Shown here one piece after another: positions 40,806-52,000 of a stretch of DNA of 64,000 nucleotides (the stretch's first letter is position 1; each line of letters opens with the position of its first letter). This DNA is from Terriglobia bacterium (GTDB taxonomy: Bacteria > Acidobacteriota > Terriglobia > 20CM-2-55-15): assembly GCA_963664115.2 (NCBI GenBank), contig CAXWPJ010000002.1:256001-320000 (forward strand). Reading direction: 5' to 3'. A program made the position numbers and the translations under genes. The notes under the pieces were generated by a model. It saw only the letters and a list, made by a program, of their open reading frames with translations. It was not told where the DNA came from and ran no database searches.

Positions 40806-42654
40806 TCCCAAAACAAGCGCATAACCAGTCCGCCGAGGCCCAGTTCGCGCCGATAGAATTCGAGGCATAGAATCCCGTTCCCGGATGGCCTGTTCCAGGT
40901 ATCGAGTTTCTGTTGAATCTGTTTCAGTTCAGCCTCGCTGGTGTTGGACGGTTGACAGAAACCGGGACCTCGATCGCCCGGGCTCAGAGTCATGATCGGG
41001 TCAACATCGCAGAGGCTGACGCAACACATCCACCCCGCGGAACAAGACCGGCAACCACCGGTTCCAGGCCAGGATCCGGAACAGAATGCGCCGCCCGGTG
41101 CGCACGAGTTGGCACGGCACAAGCATGAAAGCGTTCAAGAAGGTTTTGAACTCCATGCGCAGCACGGTTTGCTTCTCAGCCTGATATTTTTGGCCCCAAC
41201 GTCCGGTTTCGGGAAGCAGCAATGCAAACCACGCTTTCAGTGTCCAGGCCAGTGACGCGATCACCATGTAGGCCCAGTTGCTGGTCTGATCTCCGACCGG
41301 CATCCGCAACGCCTGAACGCCGTTCTTCAACTGCTCAATGAGATTCTCCTGATTGCACCGTTGATTGGCACGCATCACAATCTGGTCGGCCGGATCCGAA
41401 CGGTTGGTAATGTAGAAGAAGTACCGGATGTCGTCAAACAACACCTGCTCTCCTTTGGCCACCGACAGATTCTTCCGCACCACGACGACACGGTAGTCCC
41501 GATCGCAGGCTCCGGGTCGATACCGAAACTCGGCCACATCCTCACCCTGCAAGCGGATATTGTCGAAACCGCGCTGCCGAACGATCTCTTCCTTCACGTT
41601 GTCGGGACGTTGGCGCGGTTCGGTCGCCACGTCGTATTTCGCGGGCCGTTCCAGGCGCTTCCACTGGCGCGGCTCCAGTTCATCGGCCCGGGCCTTCAGG
41701 TTCGCCATCGCGTCAATCCCGAATATGAAACCCACCTGCTGGTCGTCCCATCCGTCCAGATGCCGGGTCTGGCTGAAGTCCGTGTCCCCGCGCAGCAGGA
41801 TCTGGCGAAACCCCGCATGCCGGCACAATGCGATGGCTTGGTCGAACCGGACCGCGGCTCCTTCATGCGACGGCCGGTTGCCGCTACGATTGACCAGATA
41901 CAGCGGTTCGGCGGTGTTGGCCAGCGAGATCATCAGCGGGTGATATCCCCACGTCCCGTCGTAGGCCACGTCCATCCCTTGCTTGCATTCCCCCGTGGTT
42001 TCGGCCAGTGTCCCGTCCGCGTCCAACACCGCTTCTTCGAAAAACGCCGCCGGTTGCTGTCGCCAGACTCCGAGCCGGACTTGATTGGTTGCCTCCATCA
42101 GACACTCCACGTCGTCGGCCTCGAATCTCCGGCAGAAGTCTCCCGCCGTCGTCGGATCCGGAATCCGTTGCGCTCCCAGCGCATCCAGATACACCGCATC
42201 GTTGCGCCGCAGTTCGATGTCTTCCAGGCACGTTCCTCCGCTCAAGGCGTTGTAGGCGATGTTCAGCACGTGATCCGACTCGTGATACGGCAGGTGCCGC
42301 TTCAACACATGCACGCCCTTGTCGATGGCTTCGATCAGCCCGGTCCGCCGCGCCACCAGTTGCATCGTCCCGATACCACCAACCGATGTGCCCCGCGTCC
42401 GCTCTCCCATCTCGTACTGAATGTTGCTCGCCGAAAACATCGGCTCTACCTGATCCGTCCAATGCCGGTCCCCAAGCCGACGTTCGATTCGCCGCTTGCG
42501 GTTCCTCATGTTCTTGCGCGTATAATCGTTCATCTGAAATGCCTCCTTTTCCGAAGAATCTGTTCAAGGTTTTTTTCGCACGGAGAGGGGGCATTTCGGG
42601 TACTTCCGCTCTTATTGCACTATCATTTCCTCGTCAATCACGCTTGTTCAGGGA
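40806..42654 (-). mobile_element. IS1380-family element, copy 1 (1849 bp)
   Basis: Terminal IRs TCCCTGAACAAGCG / TCCCAAAACAAGCG; CTAG on both sides (40802-40805, 42655-42658). Confidence 0.93.
41001..42533 (-). CDS. IS1380-family DDE transposase
   Basis: LDADGT, GYHPL, LRGDTDF and QRCNQENLIEQLK motifs. Confidence 0.93.
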   Translation of the reverse strand: MNDYTRKNMRNRKRRIERRLGDRHWTDQVEPMFSASNIQYEMGERTRGTSVGGIGTMQLVARRTGLIEAIDKGVHVLKRHLPYHESDHVLNIAYNALSGGTCLEDIELRRNDAVYLDALGAQRIPDPTTAGDFCRRFEADDVECLMEATNQVRLGVWRQQPAAFFEEAVLDADGTLAETTGECKQGMDVAYDGTWGYHPLMISLANTAEPLYLVNRSGNRPSHEGAAVRFDQAIALCRHAGFRQILLRGDTDFSQTRHLDGWDDQQVGFIFGIDAMANLKARADELEPRQWKRLERPAKYDVATEPRQRPDNVKEEIVRQRGFDNIRLQGEDVAEFRYRPGACDRDYRVVVVRKNLSVAKGEQVLFDDIRYFFYITNRSDPADQIVMRANQRCNQENLIEQLKNGVQALRMPVGDQTSNWAYMVIASLAWTLKAWFALLLPETGRWGQKYQAEKQTVLRMEFKTFLNAFMLVPCQLVRTGRRILFRILAWNRWLPVLFRGVDVLRQPLRC

Positions 42655-43212
42655 CTAGTGCTAAGACGTCCTGCCACACGAGCCGGCCGATCGGCCCCGT
42701 GCTGTAGACCCCCACCATGATTTTGCCATCGGGGGCCAGGACATATCCTGTGCCGTGGAGGATCTGGCGGCGATCTTCATAGAAGCATCCCGTCAGAGCA
42801 GACACCGCCTTGAAATCCAGGCCGTATCCCATCGGGAAAATTGATGCCGCACTCTTCGATTGTCTTTTGTGTGTTTTCCTCCGAATCCACGGAGGCGGCC
42901 ACAACTTTGATGCCTTCTTCGGCAAGCTTACGCGTCTTCGCGAAAGCGGTCAGTTGCTGACGGCAGTATGGTCACCAGTGCCCGCGATAGAAGAGAACGA
43001 CACCAAAGCTTCCCCCAAGTACATCGGGAAGACTGAGTGTGCCTCCACCGGCGCGCTGGATTTCAAGCTTCGGAAACGCATCGCCCGAATCCAATATCTT
43101 CGTGCCTTCTCTTGGCATTGCTAACACCTCCAAAAACATGCGTCCGGTTTGATTCGTCGCGAGTGTCCTGAATCGGAAGGACAAGAATTTATCCGACTTG
43201 ATCTACGGAATG

Positions 43213-43944
43213 CTAAAACACCACGCGCAGAAGGACGGTCATGCCGGATACGAATGACAGTCCCAAGACCATTGGACGAATGGCCCTGTCTGACATCCGG
43301 GTGCGCAGAGGCCCGCCCAGCCAAAATCCCAAGACCATGGGCGGAGCCAGAAAAACGGACAGTACGATTTCCTCTGGTCCAAAGCGGCCGACCAAGGCCA
43401 ACGCCATGAGAGAAACGATGGATCCCACGAGAAAGAAACCCGCCAGAGTTCCACGCAGGCGCGATGCACCGGCGTTTTGGTACAGCAGCGCCAGGGGCGG
43501 TCCGCCAATAGAGGAAATCGTTCCCATCAGACCCGACAATGACCCCGCGATGAGAGCATTCTTCCGGTTCGGGCGCGGCTCGAGACCTGCAGCGCTTAAG
43601 ATCACGGCGAACATGACCAGCACGGCAAAGGCCAGATCGAACGTGGCATCGGAAGCAACAAGCAGAAAGCCTGCAGCACCCACCGTCCCTATCATGCGCC
43701 CGATCAGCGAGTAGGTCAGACCGGACACATCGACGTGCTGGTGGTCCCGGATCAGGATCAGACACGTCAGTACCAATCCACCAGCCATCATGGGTCCGGG
43801 CACGAACGGTCCGTGAATCAGAAGCAAGAGCGGCGCTGAGACCAAGGCGAGTCCAAAGCCCGCCACGGATTGGACCGCGGCTGCTGAAACGGCAATCAGG
43901 AAAACGGCTATGGCTTCGACCGGGCCCAGTGGAAAGGAAAGCAT
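43213..43944 (-). CDS. TauE/SafE (TSUP) family permease
   Basis: QSVAGFGLAL, SIGGPP; multiple TM helices. Confidence 0.9.
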   Translation of the reverse strand: MLSFPLGPVEAIAVFLIAVSAAAVQSVAGFGLALVSAPLLLLIHGPFVPGPMMAGGLVLTCLILIRDHQHVDVSGLTYSLIGRMIGTVGAAGFLLVASDATFDLAFAVLVMFAVILSAAGLEPRPNRKNALIAGSLSGLMGTISSIGGPPLALLYQNAGASRLRGTLAGFFLVGSIVSLMALALVGRFGPEEIVLSVFLAPPMVLGFWLGGPLRTRMSDRAIRPMVLGLSFVSGMTVLLRVVF

Positions 43945-44148
43945 TAGAGATAGTTCAGTTCTATACTACGTGGATGTCCGAACTCGGACGTTATCCTGCC
44001 CGATCACTCTTGAAGAGTCCAGTGTCACTGTCGCCCAGATCTGGACAATTTGTCGCAAACCACAGCCCTTGAAGGTCACGCTGACACGAAATTTCATGTG
44101 AAGACCCTCAGCGGCTCCAGTAAGCTATTGCAATCTATGACCCAACTT

Positions 44149-44164
44149 TGGCACATCATTTGCA
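44149..44164 (+). promoter_or_regulatory. Sigma54 (-24/-12) promoter upstream of napA
   Basis: TGGCAC-atcat-TTGCA matches the TGGCAC-N5-TTGC consensus about 90 bp before the ATG. Confidence 0.75.
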
Positions 44165-44251
44165 GCGACTCAATCTTGAGGTTTTGTGCCAAAGGGTCGC
44201 GCCTTGTTCGCTCAAGGGTCCCCACCTTTTGGAAAAGCAACGGGAGAAGTG

Positions 44252-46597
44252 ATGGCAATCGAACGTCGTGATTTTCTGAAATATGCCGGCGCCGGCATGG
44301 CTTTTCTGCCGGTGGAAACTCTCTGGGAATCGGGCGCGGCGCTCGCGCAAGTCGAAGCGCCGGGATTGGACCCCAGACTGACCTGGTCGAAAGCGCCCTG
44401 CCGGTTTTGTGGCGTCGGTTGCGGGGTCATGGTGGGAACCGAGGACGGAGTCGTCAGAGCTGTTGCCGGAGACGAACTCAGTCCCGTCAACCGCGGTCTC
44501 CTCTGCATTAAGGGCTACAGCCTTCCGGCCATTCTCTACGGTGAAGACCGTCTCCTGTATCCACAGATCCGCACGGCCAACGGACTCCAGAGGGCAAGTT
44601 GGGAGGAGGCGCTCGATCTGATTGCCGCTCGCTACGGGGAAACTCTGGATCAGCATGGACCCGAAGCGATCGCTGTATACGGGTCCGGTCAGTGGACAAT
44701 TTCCGACGGGTATGTCGCCAGCAAGTGGTTCCGCGCAGGCATGGGTTCCAACAATGTGGAGGCCAATGCCCGGCTGTGCATGGGCAGCGCGGTCACCGGC
44801 TTCATGACAAGTTTCGGCATGGATGAGCCCATGGGCAACTTCGACGACCTGGAAGAAGCCGACGTTCTTGTGCTCTGGGGTAACAACATGGCCGAAAACC
44901 ATCCCGTCCTGTTCTCGCGAATTATCGAATCGAAGCGCCTCAGACCGGAAGTGCAGATCATCGACATCGGGACGCGCCGTACTCCGACCACCGACTACGC
45001 CGATGAGTTTGTAGGGATACAACCGAATGGCGATCTGGCGCTGGCCAACGCGATTGCGCAAGTGATCGTCGCATCTGAAAGAGTCGATCGCGATTTCGTG
45101 GATGCCCACACAGTGTTCCGCCGTGGCCGGGAAAATATTGGATACGGCCTCGAAGACGAATTTGTCTTCGATGATCAGGCCGAGGCAATGACGCTTGAGC
45201 AATTCCGGGAATATCTGGAACCCTATGCCCCAGAACAGGCCGCGGCCTCCAGCGGTGTCGCCCCGGACCAGATCCGCCGGATCGCCGAACTCTATGCCGA
45301 ACCCTCCAAGAAGGTCGTCTCGCTCTGGTGCATGGGCATGAACCAGCACGTGCGGGGCACGTGGATCAATAATCTGGTCAACAATCTGCATCTTCTGACC
45401 GGAAAGATATCCAAACCCGGCAACAATCCTTTCTCGTTGACCGGGCAATCGAGCGCTTGCGGCACGGTGAGGGAGGTGGGCACCCTTGCCCACCGCCTGC
45501 CGTCCGATATGGTCGTTACTAATCCGGAACATCGGCAGACCGCTGCAGATATCTGGAACGTGCCCCTCAATCAGATACCGGCGATTCCCGGTCACAATAC
45601 AGTTGAGATGTTCCGCGCCCTGGACCGGGGTGACATCAGGACCCTGTGGATACAGGTGACAAATCCAATGGTGACGATGCCGCACCTGAACCGCTATCGC
45701 AATGCCGCGGAAAAGGGAGACCGATTCATCGTTGTTTCCGATGTCTACCCCACACCCACGACGGATATCGCCGACGTCATCCTGCCTTCGGCCATGTGGG
45801 TCGAACGGAGCGGTATGTTCGGAAACTCCGAACGCCGGACACAGCATTGGTCCCAGGCCGCGACCCCGCCGGGAGAAGCCCGGCCCGATGTCTGGCAACT
45901 GATGGAGGTTGCCCGCCGCATGGGATATGGCAGCCTGTTCGATTACGGTGAGGACTACGAACGAGAGATCTTCGATGAATACCGGCAGTTCACCCTGGGA
46001 CATGGACACGACCTGGCCACCTACGACGATTACGTCGAGAATCGGGGTCTGCGTTGGCCGGTTGTCGACGGCCGGGAAACGGCATACCGCTACGCCGAAG
46101 GTCACGACCCCTACGTACCGACGGGCGAGTCATTCCGTTTTTACGGCAACGACAGCGACGACGCGGGGGACGGACGCGCGGTGATCTGGGCGCGGCCTTA
46201 CGAACCGCCCGCCGAAGTCGTGGATTCGGAGTATCCCTTCTGGCTCTCTACTGGCCGGGTTCTGGAACACTGGCACACGGGCAGCATGACGCGCCGCGTC
46301 GGGCCTCTGCACAGTGCAGTCAGCGCAGCTTATGTCGAATTGAACCCGGGTGACGCGAACACCATGGGGATCCAACAGGGCAACAGCGTCCGACTGGTCA
46401 GCCGGCGCGGTGAAATTGTTCTACCGGCCGAGATCGACGGTCGGGGTCAGCCCTTGCCCGGAATGGTGTTCGTCCCCTTCTTTGACGAAAGCAAGCTCAT
46501 CAATCAATTGACGCTGGACGCGTATTGCCCGATATCGAAACAGCCCGACTATAAGAAGTGCGCTGTGAGGGTCGAAAAAGTGGAGGACCCGGCATGA
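44252..46597 (+). CDS. napA: Periplasmic nitrate reductase catalytic subunit
   Basis: Tat signal RRDFLK; CRFCGVGC..LC 4Fe-4S motif; GSGQWT, NARLCM, GTVREVGT, PDYKKCAV. Confidence 0.92.
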   Translation: MAIERRDFLKYAGAGMAFLPVETLWESGAALAQVEAPGLDPRLTWSKAPCRFCGVGCGVMVGTEDGVVRAVAGDELSPVNRGLLCIKGYSLPAILYGEDRLLYPQIRTANGLQRASWEEALDLIAARYGETLDQHGPEAIAVYGSGQWTISDGYVASKWFRAGMGSNNVEANARLCMGSAVTGFMTSFGMDEPMGNFDDLEEADVLVLWGNNMAENHPVLFSRIIESKRLRPEVQIIDIGTRRTPTTDYADEFVGIQPNGDLALANAIAQVIVASERVDRDFVDAHTVFRRGRENIGYGLEDEFVFDDQAEAMTLEQFREYLEPYAPEQAAASSGVAPDQIRRIAELYAEPSKKVVSLWCMGMNQHVRGTWINNLVNNLHLLTGKISKPGNNPFSLTGQSSACGTVREVGTLAHRLPSDMVVTNPEHRQTAADIWNVPLNQIPAIPGHNTVEMFRALDRGDIRTLWIQVTNPMVTMPHLNRYRNAAEKGDRFIVVSDVYPTPTTDIADVILPSAMWVERSGMFGNSERRTQHWSQAATPPGEARPDVWQLMEVARRMGYGSLFDYGEDYEREIFDEYRQFTLGHGHDLATYDDYVENRGLRWPVVDGRETAYRYAEGHDPYVPTGESFRFYGNDSDDAGDGRAVIWARPYEPPAEVVDSEYPFWLSTGRVLEHWHTGSMTRRVGPLHSAVSAAYVELNPGDANTMGIQQGNSVRLVSRRGEIVLPAEIDGRGQPLPGMVFVPFFDESKLINQLTLDAYCPISKQPDYKKCAVRVEKVEDPA

Positions 46598-47100
46598 TCC
46601 CCCACGGTGTCATTTCAGTTGTAATCGCTTTTCTGACGCTCACCGCATCGGTGACGGCGCAGGAGACCGGAAGCGAAGACACGGCCGAACAGTCCAGCCT
46701 TCGGCCCCGCCGTCTCTACTTTGGAGCGCCTCCGGCCGCGCCGCATGAAACGGGGGGCTTCATGAGCGATTGTCTCAGCTGCCACGGCCCGGGCTCTTTC
46801 GCACCCGAATCACCGCACCCCACACGGATCGCCTGTCGGCAGTGTCACGTCAGCGCAGCAGCTCAATCGCCCCCGTTTCGCTCCAATCGTTTTGTCGGAC
46901 TCCGACGCCCGCTGCCGAGCTCTCGAACCCAGAGCAGCGTACCGCCGGCAATGGCGCATTCAGCCTTATTGCATGAGAACTGTCTTGCCTGCCATGCTCC
47001 GGGAGCGCGCGAGCAGGTCATATCGACGCCACACCCGGAGCGCAGCATGTGCCAACAGTGTCATCTGCCCCAAAGGGCAAGGACTCCGGCAGTCAGGTAG
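46594..47100 (+). CDS. NapB-like c-type cytochrome with four CxxCH motifs
   Basis: ATGA overlap with napA; signal peptide; RLYFGAPP..PH; CLSCH, CRQCH, CLACH, CQQCH. Confidence 0.85.
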   Translation: MIPHGVISVVIAFLTLTASVTAQETGSEDTAEQSSLRPRRLYFGAPPAAPHETGGFMSDCLSCHGPGSFAPESPHPTRIACRQCHVSAAAQSPPFRSNRFVGLRRPLPSSRTQSSVPPAMAHSALLHENCLACHAPGAREQVISTPHPERSMCQQCHLPQRARTPAVR

Positions 47101-47380
47101 TGCGTCGGTTTCAGAACGCAGGTGAATTTTGAGCCGGCCAATCTCTGCGATGGCCGGATAGGGATCTACCGGTGCATAGGCTGAGGTGGTCCGTTTGAAC
47201 ATAAGAACGACTTGACCGTCACAGAAGATTTCGCTCCCTCGTTCATTCGGACATCCTGTCCGAACGAGGGGCGACGCTCGCGATCATCATGATCGCAAGC
47301 CTTATTGGGACAAGACAGACCGCGCCAAACCCCCATTCCCTTTGATCTTCTGTGCCACGTCCTATAACATTTGCGGCACT

Positions 47381-47641
47381 ATGGGTAAGACGAAAAAGCT
47401 CGTGATCGCGGTGGTCGCTACAGCTGCGGGCGCTGCGGGCGCTGGCGTATTGCTTCACAAATCGGTCCGCAGGAAAAAGGCCGGAAAGGCCGGGACGGGG
47501 CTTTACCGTGGGAGCCATAATTCAAAGACGCTCCACCAGACCGGGTGTCGATATTACGATTCGAAAAAATTGACGCTCGTGTTCGGGGACCTGCCTGAAG
47601 CGTTCGCCGCAGGGTATCGGCCTTGTAAGATCTGTATTTAG
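47381..47641 (+). CDS. Small membrane-anchored protein with an Ada-like metal-binding domain
   Basis: TM helix then SKTLHQTGC...EAFAAGYRPCKIC. Confidence 0.7.
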   Translation: MGKTKKLVIAVVATAAGAAGAGVLLHKSVRRKKAGKAGTGLYRGSHNSKTLHQTGCRYYDSKKLTLVFGDLPEAFAAGYRPCKICI

Positions 47642-47743
47642 TGGACGGACACTTCAATCGACATGTGGCAGGCTGGCCCGGATCGGGAAGGGGACGGGCC
47701 ACTTCCTTGGACCGTTACCTCCAGGCAACAAACATGAGCTCTT

Positions 47744-49012
47744 TCAACGCACGAACCCGAACATGAGCTCTGAACGGCCACCAAGCTCATCGTGTGCCGC
47801 GCCGTCCTCGCGCGCTTGAACCTCGTTCCACACCAGTGCAAAGCCGTCGTCCCAACTACGGATCGCGGGTATCAGAGAAGAGGGTTCACTGTCGGTCAGT
47901 CTTTGGGCCGATCCCAAGCTCAGGCCTCGGGCATCGAAGGATTGAAAGTAAATTTCGTGCTGACCCACCGTGTCATCATTCCAGGCAAGGCCAAAGCGGG
48001 GGGCGTTCCAGGTCACGTACGCACCTATGGACTCACCCGGCGTGGTCGTAATTCGCTTCGCATTGCCCTCGAGATTTTCTTTAAGTAAATCGAATGAACC
48101 CACTGACATATATACCTCTTCGTTTCCATCCTTGCGGTCCCACCACGTGAGCGCGACCGTCTCCTCGCCGAAAGCCAAATCCGGATATTTCGAATCGAAG
48201 CCGTCGTCCATGGTCAGTTGGACGGGTGCGCTGCCCTCGACTCCGGCCTCCACAAGGAACAGTTCTTCGGCACCCGTTCCCACCTGCGCGTCGAAAACAA
48301 CCCACGGCTCTCCATCGGGTCCGAGAGTTGCGTTTAAATTCCACGTTCTCGCACTGGCCGTCCCGAGACGCCAGGGCTCGGAGACCCGCCCGCCATCGAT
48401 GTCATACCATTCGGCCCAGACTTCCAGGTTCCCCCCCCTGTCGTCCTCAAGCCAGGCGCAGAAGATTTCCGTACCGCGAGTCACGACAACCGGTATACGC
48501 CCGTTGCGCCCCGCGGTGGAAAGAGTCCGGACCCAACGCTCGGAACCGTCCCGATTCCAAAGACCCAACTTGGCTTCGTAGTTGGCCAGATTCGTTCGGT
48601 CGTACCAGACGAGCGCCACCCCATCACCGACTGCAACGACGTCGGCTTCATACGATGATTCAACATTTTCTGTCAGGCGGCGTTCAGGGCCCCGGGGCGT
48701 ACCGTCGGGATTTAGATAGCGGAGATAGATTTCCGCCTGACCGTCTCGCGTGTCATACCATGCCGCTGCAAAGCCGTCGGCCAGAGGTGTCAGGCTGGAC
48801 TCGTATGCTCCGAAACCGCTGTCGGTTATTTGAATGATTCGAGCGACCCCGCTGGCGGCAATCTGGGCGCCTGCGGCTGGTAGTTTATTGAAAACACCAC
48901 CGACCCCACTGACCAGGACAAACAGGATGGCGACAACAAGCGACGGTCGGAGGCGGGAAACAAAAAGGGAGTGGATTCGGTTCAGGTCAGCCACGGCTCC
49001 GACAATAGCCAC
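47744..49012 (-). CDS. Secreted repeat (beta-propeller-like) hypothetical protein; start uncertain
   Basis: Repeated WxDxRDGxxEIY units; directly downstream of the cobN-like gene. Confidence 0.75.
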   Translation of the reverse strand: MAIVGAVADLNRIHSLFVSRLRPSLVVAILFVLVSGVGGVFNKLPAAGAQIAASGVARIIQITDSGFGAYESSLTPLADGFAAAWYDTRDGQAEIYLRYLNPDGTPRGPERRLTENVESSYEADVVAVGDGVALVWYDRTNLANYEAKLGLWNRDGSERWVRTLSTAGRNGRIPVVVTRGTEIFCAWLEDDRGGNLEVWAEWYDIDGGRVSEPWRLGTASARTWNLNATLGPDGEPWVVFDAQVGTGAEELFLVEAGVEGSAPVQLTMDDGFDSKYPDLAFGEETVALTWWDRKDGNEEVYMSVGSFDLLKENLEGNAKRITTTPGESIGAYVTWNAPRFGLAWNDDTVGQHEIYFQSFDARGLSLGSAQRLTDSEPSSLIPAIRSWDDGFALVWNEVQAREDGAAHDELGGRSELMFGFVR

Positions 49013-49016
49013 GATG

Positions 49017-52000
49017 TTACGAGAGGCCGCGGCGCCAGCGCCACGCGAACAGCAAACCCAGGAGAGGAAGCCCGACCCACAAGCCATCCCAATCGCCGTT
49101 GCTCAAGCCACTTGGGACAGTCTGTGGTACGGGTTGGGAGGACCGAGTTTCGTGCATCATGAAGCCTTCGACCTGTGGAACAGAAGAAATCTCTTCGGGG
49201 ACAGCACTATCTTCAAACAGGGCCTCGTTACGTCGAACAAAATCCACGGCCGCCATCGCAGCACTCGTGATCTGGACGCCAATCGCCTGTTCCATGGCTT
49301 CCTGAAAACCTTCAATTGCTGGGACCGGAATACCCAACTCTAGCGCGCGGTCGAGGACATACTGAGAAAGCCGCGGGTTGCCACAGGTGTGTGCGGCGCA
49401 TCCCACTCCGTGACGGTTCACGCTGTCGATGTATTCTTCAAGAAGCCGGGTTTCGGTTTCGATGTCGGCATCCCAGTAGTCCTTCCGGACCGTCTCAATC
49501 ATGCGTGCCGTCAGATCCTGATATGCAAAGGGTGAGTGCTCTTCAAAAAAATCTGCCATACCGAGCGCATGTTTGTCTTCGACATAGACCTCGAAGGACT
49601 CCTGCCACATAGGATCGTCGATGACATCCCGCGCCGTCGCCTCCCAACCCCACAGGTACTCGACGAACGCCCGCATCTCGCCGGCGCCGGCGTAGCCTTC
49701 CTTCTTCATGCCTTCGATCCACGTCGGGTTCACATAGCGGGAGCGAAACTCCGTACCAATGAATTCATCGATCGATGTCATTTCGGCCTTGCCGGGATCG
49801 CGTGTATTCGTCACGACCATTTCCGGCGTCGCTCCGTCGATATTCCGCACGGCCGCTGCCAGTCCGCCCATGTACATATAAAAGTCGTCGTTGTCCAACG
49901 CGCCGTAGAGCATCGTCGAACTGCTATGGACGACCTTTTCCGTGCCCGACAGCGCGAGCCGGAATACGTCTTCCATCGGCTCGCCCCAGAAGCCATTGCC
50001 AAAACCGTGACCCATTTTCATCAGGTACTCATCGGTCATGGCCCGGTCGGAATCCCAGGTTCCACTCGCAGCGATAATGTTGGAGGTATTGAGTTCAAAT
50101 GTGCCCGGAGGCTCGTCAAAGATACGGACACCTGCAAGCCGGTCGGCATCTTCCTCGGAGTATCCGCTCTCCATGAGCACCGATTTGGTTTCAAGGTAGT
50201 GATCACGGACGTAATTCTCGGCTTCTTCGATCACTTTGACCCGCTGCACCGCCTCGTCCATCAAAAGGGTGACGTTGTTGAACATACCCTCAGCCGCCGA
50301 CGCGATCACAATGTCCACCCTCGGCCGGCCGAGTCGGGCACTCGGAACCACGTCCACACCGACGACATTGCCGCGAACATCCCACACCGGCCGTGTACCG
50401 AGCAGATGAAAAATCTGCGACTCTAAGATGCCCTCGTGGCGCATGGTCTCGTCGCCCCATATGACAAACGAAACCTTCCGCGGATAGCGTCCATTCTTTT
50501 CCAGGTGATCCGCCAGCATCTGGTCGGCCAGCGCGACGCCCAGATTCCAGGCCGCCTCCTTCGGAATTTTATCCGGATCCACACCGTAGAAATTTTTTCC
50601 CGTCGGATAGGAATCAGGATTACGAATCGGTTCTCCACCCGCACCCGTGGGCACGAATCCTCCACTTAATGCCCCGAAGAGGCTCGCCAGTTCCCGTGGT
50701 CCTGAGGTCACGATGCGTTCTTCCATGTCCGCAGTCAGGACTTCAGCGTCGTTGGGCAAGAGGCTCCGATCAACGGAAACAATTGCATCGATCGTGCTGT
50801 CTCTGAGCGGCTTTTCCGGAACCCTGCCGAAGGCATGCAATCCGAAAGGAATGTTCTGGCTCCTGAGATCCACCATGTGAGCTTGAATCTCGTGGACCAT
50901 GGCGTCGTCGAGCGCACTGGCATCGGGCAGGTCGAGTCCAAGATCCTTGGCGATTCCAAGATCGATAACCTGCAGACGAATTTGGTCGGCGAAAGCGCGC
51001 GACAACTCCGGATTCTTGTGCAGGTTGTTGTCGTAGTCGTTGATGCTCTCGCTGAGAGCAGCCAGTTCGGGGTAGAGACCACCTCTCGTAAACGGCGGTA
51101 CCATGTGATCGATCAAGGTCGCCATGCCTCTTCGGCGGGCCACGAGACCTTCACCCACGACGTCCACGTTGTAAATGTAGAGATTGGGCAAATCGGCCAT
51201 CAGGGCATCGGAGGCGTCTTCCGCCGAAAGCCCCATGTCCTTCCCGTCGAGCCACTCCAGGGTGCCGTGCGTTCCCATATGCACGACGGCATCGGCACCA
51301 TAACCGTTTCGCAGCCACGCATAGGTCGCGACGTACTGATGATGGGGCGACAGGTCCTTCGCGTGGTAGAGCTTCTCATCGTCTTCACCTTTGCCACGCG
51401 CAGGTTGTGGCATCACGATGACGTTTCCGTATTGGACGGCCGGGATGACGAGGCTCGGACCATCCGGACCGTTCGTCGCCATCAGCGTCGTGTCGGCTGG
51501 ATTCCCCCAGTCGGCAATGACTTTGTCCCTGAACCCCGGTGCGTAGCCGTCCAACCAACGTTGATAGTCCGCTATGGGTGTCAGTATCGCCGTACCTTCA
51601 GCCAATAAGGCCTGCAGTTCTCCGGGCGCATAGCCGCCTACGTTTCGGGCCTTTGTCGTGATGTCTCGGAGCACTCTCTCCGGAGACAAATCGGCCAAAC
51701 CCAGATCATAGCCTTCGTCTCTCATGCCCTGAAGGACGTTGGACAAAGACTCGGCCACGTTCAAATAGCTGGCGCCAATGGAGGCCTTACCGGGAGGGTA
51801 GTTGTAGAACATCAACGCCACGCGCTTGTCGGCATTCGCTTTTACTCTGAGCGTTCCATAGCGCAGGGCACGCGCGACGGCGACCGTCACCCGAGAAGCG
51901 ATCGGGTGCCGTGTGACGATGGTCAGTCCAGTCTCTTCGTCGACACGCTTTTCGTGACTTCCGACAACTGTAGGTGCAACGGTTCCAGCGATTTCAGGAA

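Larger units (their letters stand above)
40773..43118 (-). pseudogene. AhpC/TSA peroxiredoxin-like gene with in-frame TGA (candidate UxxC), a +1 frameshift and an IS1380 insertion
   Basis: FYRGHW-TGA(42974-42972)-PYCR; extra T near 42840; C-terminus WQDVLALV|QFSKAKGK* is restored on removing the IS. Confidence 0.8.

Noticed and set aside
30731-43993. Very short partial matches to repeat arms (ggtcaagt..ttatcgga at 30731; gtccgaactcggacgtt near 43976)
   Set aside because: Too short and degenerate to distinguish from chance
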